Shown here: positions 24,490 through 36,103 of the stretch, piece after piece | Numbering within the stretch: the stretch's first letter is position 1 | Layout of the letters: each line of letters begins with the position of its first letter | From: Felis catus | Lineage: Eukaryota | Assembly: GCF_018350175.1 (NCBI RefSeq) | Contig: NC_058368.1 | Location: 24,368,001 to 24,432,000, forward strand | Direction of reading: 5' to 3' | DNA: 64,000 nt | The notes under the pieces: model-generated | Database searches by the model: none | Told to the model about the DNA's origin: nothing | What the model saw: the letters and a program-made list of their open reading frames with translations, nothing else | Translations under genes and position numbers: made by a program

Positions 24490-26169
24490 TTTATTAAGCA
24501 ACTTAGGGTTTAGGGTGCTCATGAGACATTGCACAAAGGGGTTTCATTGTGTTACAGACTGAAGGGTACCAGAAGCAATTCAGTACATCTGTGGGTTGTT
24601 TATACATAACCGAGCTTAATTAGACAACTTCCGCATACCCTGTACTTCACCAGTCCACACAAAATCAGGAGGGAAGAGCTATCTTTGAGGGAAGAGTGTT
24701 TCCGGTCAGAAAATCTGACTTGATTTAGCAACAAAAAAGATTTATAAATATACTCTTCTCACTATGTGGGTTTTCCATATTCTCAAGTCCCCTGGATTCA
24801 TGGACACGTTCAGAAAACTAAAATTATCTTCTTAGCAGCCATGGATGGAGACTCTTCGCATCTCAGTGAACTAGAAATTTATCTTGAGGAAGTTAATGTC
24901 ATCATCCCCCAAATTTAAGAAATAGTACGTGGCACCCAGATGTATAATGAAGCAGAGGAGAAACTGTCCAAACCTCAAGCAGGGCGTTCTCATATTAGAA
25001 ACAGAAATCCCAGAACCAGGAATATCTTGGCCGAGACAAGATTCTAATGTGTGTTGTTTTTTTTTTTTTCTCTTAGTTACAAACTGATCGATCACATTGC
25101 TCCAAAAGCAGATTTAGTTAATATATAATCCTGTAAGCTTACTTAGGAATAGAAGCAGCTTGCTCATGTCACTGGAAACCGAAGGTTAAATGGAAATGTC
25201 AAGTCATTAGGGAAATTACATTCTGCTAAAATGAGAGCAATCTTACTGTTGGCTTCTGCCATAGTAACCCACGTCCTCAGACCAAGAATGTTCCATGACT
25301 CATGGCTTTATTTGAAAACAAATACAGTCAAATCCATCACGTTCTTGACCTGAAGCTATCATGTGATGTAGCAAAAAAGCAAAACGACCCATTACATTAT
25401 TTAAAAATAGAAATCCCTTCTGGAAAATGCTTTTCTAAGAGCCTCAGGGTAGACCTAGCGAGGAGTAAAAGGTAAAACTAAGCGGGAAGTGATGTGCAAG
25501 TGAAGCCTCCAGGTGGCGCTCTAACAGCAGTGGCCCCTCCTTCCCCAGCCCCCGCGCTGCACAGCTCCTTCTCCTGCAGCAGGGCAGAGGGCCTTGCTCA
25601 GGGTAGAAGTGGGCAGCAACCCTCCCATTGAGGGAAACAGGGAGGAAACCAACTGAATGGCCGGCAAAGCAGTCATTCACTGACGGTATTTTTCAACTTG
25701 GTCAATAACGGTATTATCAAAGACTTTTCTAGACCGAATTGGGCCCAAAATGCTGATTTCCTGTCTTCTCTGCAAGGTGGCTCCACTACACCTCAATTGC
25801 CCGTTCCTGAATTAGGATCTGACACTGACCCAAAGAAAAGACTTCCATATCCTAAATCCCCTCTGCTCCTGTTCTGGCATCTTCTTCAGTCTACCCAGGG
25901 CAGCTATGTGAGTGAGAAAGCATGAGGTCTTGATACACTCTGCTGTCACTGGTTTTTAGGAAGCGAGAGAGATTATTTAATGGGAACTGCACTCTATAAA
26001 GTCTGTGCCTTGGGAAAACCTGACTTATAGCGTTCCCTTCAAAACTCGAGAGACTACTAAAGAGATGACAGGGATGGAAGCTGGCAAGGCAGAGGCTCAG
26101 AGGGAGGAAGGGCCCTGTGATGGCTCAGGGTGACACAGCAGAGTGTTTGTTTGGATGCACATGCACACG
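24490..26169 (-). other. LRCH1: 3' UTR of the LRCH1 proximal last exon
   Basis: SINE-free sequence after the stop; AATAAA on - at 25307-25312 and 24490-24495. Confidence 0.65.
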
Positions 26170-26376
26170 TTATGCGGACAGAGCATTCCAGCGGTAAGTG
26201 ATATAGATCAGCACTATAAAGAGAATATGGACAAGACAGAAGCTTATAAGGTCCCTGGAGCGGAGGGCAGAAGTTGGTTGTGGGGGTTTCTCCCCAAGGG
26301 CCAGCAGAGTGTCAACAGTCTTTCGAATGTGACGGAAGTCCAAGTGCAGGATGTCATACGGAGAGCAGAGGTCGGC
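26170..26376 (-). CDS. LRCH1: LRCH1 proximal last exon, membrane-anchored C-terminus (ADLCSPYDILHLDFRHIRKTVDTLLALGEKPPQPTSALRSRDLISFCLVHILFIVLIYITYRWNALSA*)
   Basis: TAG acceptor, 68 codons plus TAA in frame after GVPE; hydrophobic stretch LISFCLVHILFIVLIYITY. Confidence 0.95.
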   Translation of the reverse strand, partial: ADLCSPYDILHLDFRHIRKTVDTLLALGEKPPQPTSALRSRDLISFCLVHILFIVLIYITYRWNALSA

Positions 26377-28833
26377 CTATTCCGTGGGCAGCCATTAGAA
26401 CAGAAAGAGACAGTGCGTACAATTAAAACTACACGGAAGAACAGCTGGAAAGAAGCACACATTTTTGGTTACTAGCAAATGGCAAGACTAACCCCTTATT
26501 TCAAGCAGGTAAAACCCATTCCACCAAAGATTTTTTTAACCGGTTACAAAACAAAGTAGCATACCCAAAGTGTTTTATGCAAGTAGCACAAGGAAATCCT
26601 TCACCCACAAAGCCACTACTAAGGAAAAGCACGCTCTTCAATTGGATGTTACTGGCGTCCAAACAGTTTTAATATCCAGGTGGTATCACGTGCTCACCAA
26701 TGGCATAGAAATAAGAGCTTTTCACTAGGGACATTCAGGACATGACCTCACCTAAGGGCAAAACATAAGCTTCCAAGTTGAATCCCCACCTGTCCTCACC
26801 ATTCTCAATGTATTTTTTTTTTCACCCTGGTTTATGAAGACTCGATGAATATAAAGTACTCCTCTCTGAAAGGTAACACACACACCTAATTCATTTTTGT
26901 TCTAGGGTTACTGATAGACTCCGGGGAATTCTGGTTTTACCTGTGTTCCTACATGTGTCAGAAAGCACGTTAAATTTCATGTTTTTGCAGTCACACATAA
27001 ACCAAAAGTCTAAAGGAGGCTTCTTAGATGTGCGGTTAGAATAAAAGTACACCCCCCGACGTGGGATAATCATGTAAATTTATTCATCACTAAACACGTA
27101 TGGTAGGGCACGGGTCTTCTGAGTTGGCCTCCAAATATCTGCTCTTGTCAGGAAGCAGTTTCCTGATACAATGACTTCCTGAACTGGAAAGGACTACAGA
27201 TTAACATTAACAGTGATTATAACGGATTATGACTGATATGTCAACATGAAAGTAGTTTTGTGTCCAAATGAAACAAGAATTGAAACTATTTAAGGTATAG
27301 TTCATACTTGCAGCTTTATTTCAAGTCTGGCAAAGCATTTAAAAACATATATACGATATATATTTTATATCATACTTTGCTACAGTTTTCCCCTTTATTT
27401 TAGCCTCATTGCTAAGCAGATGCAAATCACAGAGCAACTGAAAGCTTCTAAGATAAAGATGCTGTCTTATACCCTCTGAAGTCAGCTTGATGCCCTCAGA
27501 TGAAAAGAAACGCTATAATATCAAGCACGATGGATAAGATTAAAAACATTCTAATTTTAATTTATGAAGGTAAAGATGCTGTTCTTAAGACTTTTTAAAG
27601 ACAGTAAGCCACGTTACATCTATTCAGATCATGCAGCTTTCTCAGTGGATTCGGAGGAATCAAGCTACTGCTGTTACTTTCCCAAGAATTAAAACATCTA
27701 CACATAGATTTGATTTCACTGGGAGAGAGACACCGGTCAAGGATTAGCAGATGGGGAAACATCTAAGGAAAGACGTGTTATTGCAATAAGAATTCTCTAT
27801 TGCAATGTTGTGCTGAACCAGTGAAATCTGAGCAAAGCAGACGTAAGACATAAGGCGTCCACAAACTGAAATGTGAATTTTCACAAAAGTGGGTATTTCC
27901 ACAGCAAAAGCAAATCATTCTACCTCCAGTCTATGCTTTAAAACACTTCCCAGAACCCTAGGGAAAATGTCTGGTCTGCTCCCCAGCAATGCCCTCCAAG
28001 AACTTGAATCGGATAGTCCTTACAGTGTTCTTGAGTAGCACACTTCTCGCGTGGGGAGCCTACACAGACCATTCTTCTTGTCCTGGAATTAATTTCGTGA
28101 TGCCACAGATTCGGGGCTTAATTCAGATTTCAGATTAAAGTGGGTAGGGCCCAGACTCACAGTCCATGGTGTTTGGTTTAAACTAAATTGTGATCTCTAA
28201 AGGAAAAGGCATGGGTCTAAGATTGTCTGGTAGGCAAAAACTGGAATCACCGTAACATGTGGAGCGTGGGCTGCTGGGGTCCTCTGAGACCTGCGCTCTG
28301 ATTCTGTCCCATGTCCCACAGCCCAAACTGCCACAGCAACCTCTTCAAGGATGCTGTGCTAGGAAACAGGGCTGAAACCGCTGGGGGAAATGAATTTTCT
28401 GATCCTGTGCCTACCAAATTACAGTCTTAATGAGCGGCACTTAGAGACTGTGCATTTTTTTTCTCTTAAAATTAAAACAGGAAAATAGTAAAAAGGAAGA
28501 AAATGGAAAGAGGCAAAATTTCACCCTGTAGGACAGAGCATTAGTAATTACTGCAAGGCATTTGAAAGGCACAGTGAATACACTCAGAGTCCTCAGAGGC
28601 AAGTGTGGATGCTAATTCCCACTACAAAGAACAGAAATCACAACTGCCAAGGTTAATTCAAGAATGTGTGACTAAGCTTACTTACTATGAAAGACTGGCC
28701 GAGCCTCCCCAAATACTATGGATGCAAACAGAAATGTAGACAGATCTGGAAAAAGGTCTAGATTATAAATGTTGTGAGTGTTCTGCAGTCTAAATTCTAG
28801 CAATTTTAGAATATATTCATTTTATTAATTTTA

Positions 28834-29060
28834 GGGACACCTGGGTGGCTCAATGTTGGTTAAGCTTGCAACATTGGCTCAGGTCACGATCTCACAGCTT
28901 GTGAGTTCGAGCCCTGCGTTGGGCTCTGTGTGGACAGCCCAGAGCCTGGAGCTGCTTCGGATTTTGTGTTTCCCTCTCTCTCTGCCCCTCCCCCACTTGT
29001 GCTGTGTCTCGCTCTCAAAAATAAACATTTAAAAAAAAAAGTTTTTTTTAAAATAAATAT
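28834..29060 (+). mobile_element. Can-SINE
   Basis: SINE head, body and tail. Confidence 0.88.
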
Positions 29061-29628
29061 AATTTTAACTTTTAAGTCAACACGATTACAAAGTATTTTT
29101 TCTTTAAACCTAAGGTAACATAGCTCAGGAACGTTGACGGCCACTCTGAACATGTAAAGCTCTGACTGACAAGGTATAATCTGGTGGGGAGTTGAGTGAG
29201 GTAGTGAAGGGTTTTCACAGTTTTCTCCAAATACACAGAACTAATCATCAATCTTATGAACGTGGAGGGTAACTGTTGTATCAGGAAACTACTTTATCTA
29301 GAATTGCAGTTTAAAACCTTTTGAAGATGCCACTTTTAAAATGGTTCTTCTCAACCGTGCATTCATGAAAGGCTGTTAGACCGCTGCCCAGAGAGACACA
29401 CAGTGGGAAAGAATTCTTACATTCTCAATGGCAAACACACACCACCTGTAGGAAATTGGGCCTGATTTTACAAGCTAGAGACTGGTCCTTTTTAATCTAT
29501 GACAAATTTTTAAATTGCTGTTAACAAAAATAATAAATGTGTCGGTCTTCACCTCTGGTTATTCAGACTCAGAATTAACCAATATAAATGTAAAAGCCAA
29601 ATGAATTTCGTAGTAAGAATCTCATTCC

Positions 29629-29785
29629 AGGGGCAGCGGGGAGGCTCAGTCGGTCAAGTGTCTGACTCCTGAATTCGGCTCAGGTCATGATCTCTGTGCT
29701 GACAACATGGAGCCTGCTTGGGATTCTCTCTCTCCCGCTCTCTCTGCCTGTTCCCTGCTCACAAGGGCATACTCTCTCTCTAAAC
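29629..29785 (+). mobile_element. Can-SINE with internal deletion
   Basis: TSD aagaatctca; B-box region missing. Confidence 0.82.
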
Positions 29786-30166
29786 AAACAAACATTAAAA
29801 AGAAAAGAATCTCAGCCTATCCCAGAAAAGTACTTATTATGATTTGAATTGATGCTAAAGGGGAAAAAAGAGGCATAAAGGTCAAAGAGAAAGAACTCAT
29901 TTCTCCTCAAGATTAAAACAACGTGTTTTCAATTTATAGAAGGCCTGCCAATAAAAAAAATAATTCAGATTAGTTACAAATTTCCTAAACCCTCACGGAC
30001 AGTAGGAAAGTTACTACTGACACTTTCAATTACCGTATCCCATTTTAGAAAACAACGAAAGGCAAATATGAAAGGCACTGAAGACTCGGCCATAATATCG
30101 ACACAATCCTCTTATAGCAACAGGATCATGGTTAGAATCCAAATGCACTGAGATTTTATTAAAAAG

Positions 30167-30193
30167 TTTTTTTTACTTAATGTTTATTTTTGA

Positions 30194-30239
<46 letters not shown>

Positions 30240-30363
30240 ATCTGAAGCAGGCACCAGGCTCCGAGCTGTCAGCACAGAGCACGACACGGGGCTCGAACTC
30301 ACGAACCACGAGATCATGACCTGAGCCCAAGTCGGCCCCTTAACTGAGCCACCCAGGTGCCCC
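30167..30363 (-). mobile_element. Can-SINE with expanded (GA)n
   Basis: SINE body; TSD gattttatt. Confidence 0.9.
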
Positions 30364-31910
30364 TCGAGGATTTTATTTGTAACTCCCTTTGGCCCATGTA
30401 GAAGCTAAGGGACACCCTACGGTCCCGCAAGCCCCTGGCGTCTGTGCTGCTCAGGCAGGCAGGTGGGGGCCCTGTGCGGCCAAGGTGTCTACCGAGGTAG
30501 AGCTGCTGCCCTTAATCCTCCTCTGTTTTCCCTCTGCAGACAACAGTGGCTACAAAAGGCTGGGCGGCTCAAAATCAAAGCACGTTTCATCTGAGTTCCC
30601 TTCTCCTCTAAAGAAAACAAGTCTTAAATTAAGCTCCTTACAGAGGTCTGAGGCCAAGGCTCCTTATTTAAAACCGAATAGGAAAATTTCCCTTGTGAAC
30701 CAAAATATAATTCTCTATTTTCTAATAACTTTAATGCTTTGTAAGTCAGAGATTTCTTTTGAGCGGAGACAATACTAAAAAGAGCCCCAAACAGCCCTAA
30801 ATTTGGATCCAATTGGAAATCCCCAATAATCAACGGTGAATCTTCTACATCAAGCATAGAGGCCAAGCGTGGCCCAGGTGACTCAGAAAAGAAGCCTCAG
30901 TCTGTCCATTCATAGCCTCATGACTTCAGGTCAGATTTTGGGGGGATATAAAGAACATATCCTCAAGAAGCTGGAAGCCCACCAAGGGGAGGTCGGTCTT
31001 CAAGATCAAGTTGATGCCGGCACCACCACCCAATCCCCAGATTTTCCAGGGCACCCTGATGCACCCGCGGTGAATTCGCCCACCGCCAGGCAGTGGATGA
31101 GAGAGAGGTAATTACGGAGCTGGACTTTCGTGGAGTATTACAGCTCAGAGAAAGCGGAGAGGTCTGTGATTTTCAAACTAAGCTTAGCAACAGGATGCTT
31201 CCTAACCGCCCCCACCCCCCCCCCAAAGAAAATCTTAGCTAGAAATCTAATATATACTATTGACAAAACAGAAACTGCTCTGGCTGATGCAGGAGGCGAG
31301 AACGATCTGTAGTCTTCCCACTTGGCTCTCCCTCCCCTCCCGAGCTGGCCATTTGAAAAGACTCGAGGGCTCTGAAGAATGGGCTTATATTTACTCCTCA
31401 AGTCCCAACACCTGCAGTTTGCAGTGGGGGGGCGGGGGACTCAACCGGTTCAAACCACTATGTCTATGGCTACCAGCTGTGAGCGTGAGTTTAGGGAATT
31501 ATAAGCTCTCTGGACTCTGTTTCCTCAGAGTACGGTGAGAAAATATTTACCTCTGACCCTCAACAGTGAGCATTTAAGATGATGCATGTATAAGAAGTCT
31601 TTAAGATGATGCATGTATAACAAGTCCTCAACGAATGGTTAACTGCTGCTAATTTTAAGGAGTTTGCCTCAGGGCACATAACTAGTTACCAGCTTAAGTG
31701 GGGGATCATTGACCCCAGACCTTGTGCATTCCCTCCTCGGGCTCACAGATCCCTTTCACCCACTCACTCTTCTCCTTCTACATTGTGTTCACTCAGTTTG
31801 TGTCCCTTTAGTTGGGGAACTGGTCCTAAAACCAAAACCAAAAACCCAAGGCACTTAAAATGGACAGCAGGAAGGAAGAATAACGTACATTGAGGTAACT
31901 ACCGGAAGGA

Positions 31911-32034
31911 GGGGCACCTGGGTGGCTCAGTCGGTTGTGTGTCTGACTTCCCTTCAGGTCGCGATCTGTTTGTGAGTTTGAGCCCCGTGTCAGGCTCTGT
32001 GGTGATAGCTCAGAGTCTGGAGCCTGCTTGGGAT

Positions 32035-32073
<39 letters not shown>

Positions 32074-32140
32074 CTCCCCCACTCAACGTTCTGTCTCTCT
32101 CTCTCTCTCAAAAATAAACGTTAAAAACAATTTTTTTTTA
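31911..32140 (+). mobile_element. Can-SINE
   Basis: SINE body; TSD-like gtaacta..ggaa. Confidence 0.88.
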
Positions 32141-33615
32141 AAAGAAGTAACTATTGGAAAGAATGTCATCCTGTCATGGAGAAAAAAAGTTGTCCACAAA
32201 CGCTCCGTCTACTTCATTTGTAAGGACCTTTCCTTGGCATTCTCATCAGCAAACCTCCACCTCATGCCAAATCCCTCTCAGTTGATGGCAAACAATTCTC
32301 CTGTCACCCTAACAGAATTTCTCCAAGGTCCCCATCGGTAACTTCTTTCTGTGATGTCATCTTCTTTCCATCAGTGGCAGCTGCTGTTCCAAATCCTGTC
32401 TGTCCCCACCGACTAAGGAGCCAAGGATCCAGCCTTACCCACATGTCATAAACCACACACCAGAGCTCTGGAGGTGCCTTACCCGTCTACATGTGCTAAC
32501 CTCCTGCAAATACACCGACTGGGCTGCTTTCCCTGCCTGCAAGTCCAAATGCAGCCAATTTGAAGAAGCCACATTTACAGTAAGCCACACCAGAACCTCG
32601 CTACCCAAGTGCAGAGTAAAATGCTTCATGAACCTTGACCGACCCCGAGGTATAGAGCTGGGATTGTGTCCATGGGGACTTCTAAAGAAAATATAATGCA
32701 CTAGAACAACTGGAACAATTTTAAAATTACTTCCATCCCTTCATATTACTTTATTTGTAAAAATTTAACTAAATCTGCTCAGCAACCGCATTCCATCCAC
32801 AGGAACCTGACAAATTATAGAAGCTGCCGATGCTGACTTTGCCTTCTAGTTTCAAACGGTGATTCTATTACAAAAGACAACAAATGCAAAGCTTAGAGCA
32901 CAGCTGTGACTTCTCAGGCTCTACAGGGTGATTCATCACTGTCAATTAGTATTTAGCTTATCAAATACAGAATTCAAGATCTCTGTGACTTGTGAGTGTA
33001 AGTGAGTAGATAAGTAACGGGTGGAGAAGCAGGAAAAGCTTGCAAATTGAGGAAATAACTATGTTTTTGACTGAGAAATCAATGACTGTTTTGTACCCCA
33101 ATATTAAATGTGATGCAATTAAGAAAGTAATGGCCCAGGTTCTCTGTGTTTTCAGGTACCAGCCTTTTCAAGTATCTGACTGTAAATGGAGAATTTCTGC
33201 AATTAGGCTTGTGATATATTATTTTTTAGTGTAAATAAGCAATTGTTTATACTACATTAAAACACGTACATTAAAACTTCACCCCCGCTAGTGAAAGAAG
33301 CATACCTAAGGGGAGGGGAGTCATTTCACCCCTCCCCCAACTATCATACACCCAGAGGAAAGATTTCGTTTCCAATCATGTATTTCTAATTCATTCCGTG
33401 AGATGAAAGTATGCTCCTTTGAGCATACAGGGAGATTTGCCAATTGCCTTCCAATGGCAATTTCTAGTTTTCCACTAGAATATTCTTTCCTTACTTTAAC
33501 ACATTTGATTAAAGAAGTTCAATTGCTAATTAACCAACAGACTTTCTCTAGTAGCAAAAAGCTTCATGTAACTCTAGTCACCGGTGAAATGCCACTGGAT
33601 TATCCATTAGGATGG

Positions 33616-33618
<3 letters not shown>

Positions 33619-33654
<36 letters not shown>
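33619..33654. repeat. (AC)n microsatellite
   Basis: Directly visible. Confidence 0.95.
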
Positions 33655-33656
<2 letters not shown>

Positions 33657-35550
33657 GCATGCACACAAGCATACATGCACATTACACACGGTGCAAACTT
33701 GAAAGTCACCTCAAATCTTCAAAAAAAATTTCAAAACTGGCCTAAGTAATATATTTCTTACTAAGCATAGTTAAATGGGACACTGGCAAAAAAGGTTATT
33801 TATTCCCTGTAATTCAATCTTCCTGGAAATTATGAGCTACTGATTAGTGCAAGGGACACTTTGCTAGGGGCATGATTCAGAAATTATGAAAAAATTTTCT
33901 CTGCATATTATGGTAATTTAATTTCCTTTCCCCTACTTTGAAAGAAAATTATAATTACCAACCTTTATTCACAACACTTGGTTAAGGGCATTTCCATTTC
34001 ATTTTGTATCACCATAAGCCAAAAAAAAATTTTTTTGATGAGTTTAAAAATATCACAGGGGATTAGGCTGTAAGTCATCAGTGCTTTCTGGCACAGACAC
34101 AAATAATTTATCGTCTGAAACCTAGTAGGATAGTTTTGATTCACACATGGAAATCTTATTAGCCCATGATGGTCAAATTCTTAAAAATAGTGTGTGTATA
34201 AGAATTTTCACAAATATTTGAAGCTGGGAATGTATATGCAATATTAAAACATACACATGCAATATAGAGACAGAGATTAACATTAACATTACTGAAAGAC
34301 ATTTGGATTGATCACAAAGACATTTCATCCATTATATAAAGATTACGCTCTTTTTAAACGTGAATTTATAAGGTTTTCTTCATGGATACAGTTCTGACTT
34401 AATGGTGCTTTAATAATTCTCTCCTTGCCCTCAAATAAGATAAAAAATGCACCACTAATAACCCCTTACCTTTGAACCTTAACAAGCTAAAAGACAGGGA
34501 GGGAAGAAAGGAAGGAAAGCAGGAAGGAAGGAAAGATGGAGGGAAAAAGAGGAAGATGGGAGGGATGGTGGGAGGGAGAATAAGTCTTTCTCAACTCCAA
34601 TAACTAACTCCTACCACTGAGTAGAATTACGTTGCAACGCAATTCCTTCACATACTCATAAACAGTATTTCACAGCAGAGTTTGTAGTTACTTTATCCCT
34701 GGCATGTTAGAAAACATAGAAGAAAGTTTTTCAAAATGTAATTACTGTCCATATCTGTTTATCACAATGATTATCAACTTCTCAACTTATCCCCAGATTG
34801 AGTGGATTTTGTTACTAATAGCAAAGCCTTTAAAAGCCCCAAATTAGCCATCGGGCTGAGGCTGAGGGTGGGGCTTAGCTTGGGAGAAAGACAAAGTAGC
34901 CAACTATATTTGGGCTGGCTATAAGGAATGCCAATTGGATCTACAGAGTGGGTCAACGGGGGAATGGAACTGCGAACAGTTAACAAATTACAAAGCAACA
35001 TACAAACATTGTTATTATTAGTGGTAATGATTAATGATAATAATAACAATAATTACAATATTTTCAATATATTTTGATCCACATACCCAAAATGCAACTA
35101 CACAGAATGGAAATCAACAAATTAGGAGTTCACTACAGGTGTGCTTTGCATAACAGCTTTGGATAAGGAAAACCATCACCTCCAAAATTCTACCCTATGG
35201 AACGTGCCAGATGGCTCAATGGAGCCTCAGCAATTTTTGTTCTTGGAGTAGAGAATCAAGCTGACTACATGTTTTTCTCAAGTTTGGAATTTTGCATTTA
35301 TTTCAAAACCTTAAAGAAATTCTACTCTCTTTTCCCTCAGTATTGACCAATACTGCTTTAAGCCATTTTAATTTCACTGTAATAGAGGAATTCAGCTAAA
35401 ATTTTATGTAACTTATTCAACATTATTCCTCGAAAAAGACTGAGACTTCAAAGGATGTGTAAATCTGTACATTCATTCAGTGGTCTCAAACACATGCATT
35501 AAATGAAATCAGTACCAAAACATGGTTATTGGGACTAAGTTTGATGTTAC

Positions 35551-35628
35551 CTCTGGTACTCCTAATTTTCGACAGGCTTCCAAAAAGTTTTCCACATTTC
35601 TTCTGCATTTGGCCATGCTAAGTTTGGG
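35551..35628 (-). CDS. LRCH1: LRCH1 CH domain exon (PKLSMAKCRRNVENFLEACRKLGVPE)
   Basis: TAG acceptor, GTAACA donor, 78 nt; CH motif NVENFL.ACR.LGV. Confidence 0.97.
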
Positions 35629-35940
35629 CTATAAATGCAAATATGGAGAAATAATTAATTATTAAAAGAGAAATGATTTTTAACAACAGGTTAAATTTTA
35701 ACCTTTCTAAATGGCACAAGTAACACATGTTCATTGAAGGGAAAAAATACCTAAGCAAATAGAAGACAATAAAAATCATCCAGAAACATCCACCTGGAGA
35801 TAAGAACTATTAATATTTTGGATTATATTCTTCCAGACATTGTGTATGTGTATATGCATGTGTGAAAAGATACACAGAAACACATGTATACACATAGATG
35901 TTTATATAAGCAGGATTTCTACATGTGTATATACATGTGT

Positions 35941-36103
35941 ATATATATGTGTATAAATGCAAATTTCTGCGTATGCATGTATGTGTATATACATATGCAT
36001 ATGTATATACACATACATGTATATATATGTGTATAAATGCAAATTTCTGCATATGCATGTATGTGTATATACATATACATATGTATATACACATACATGC
36101 ATA
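35941..36103. repeat. 80-bp tandem duplication with long palindromes, inside an old L1 3' relic
   Basis: 35941-36020 vs 36021-36100, 3 mismatches. Confidence 0.93.
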
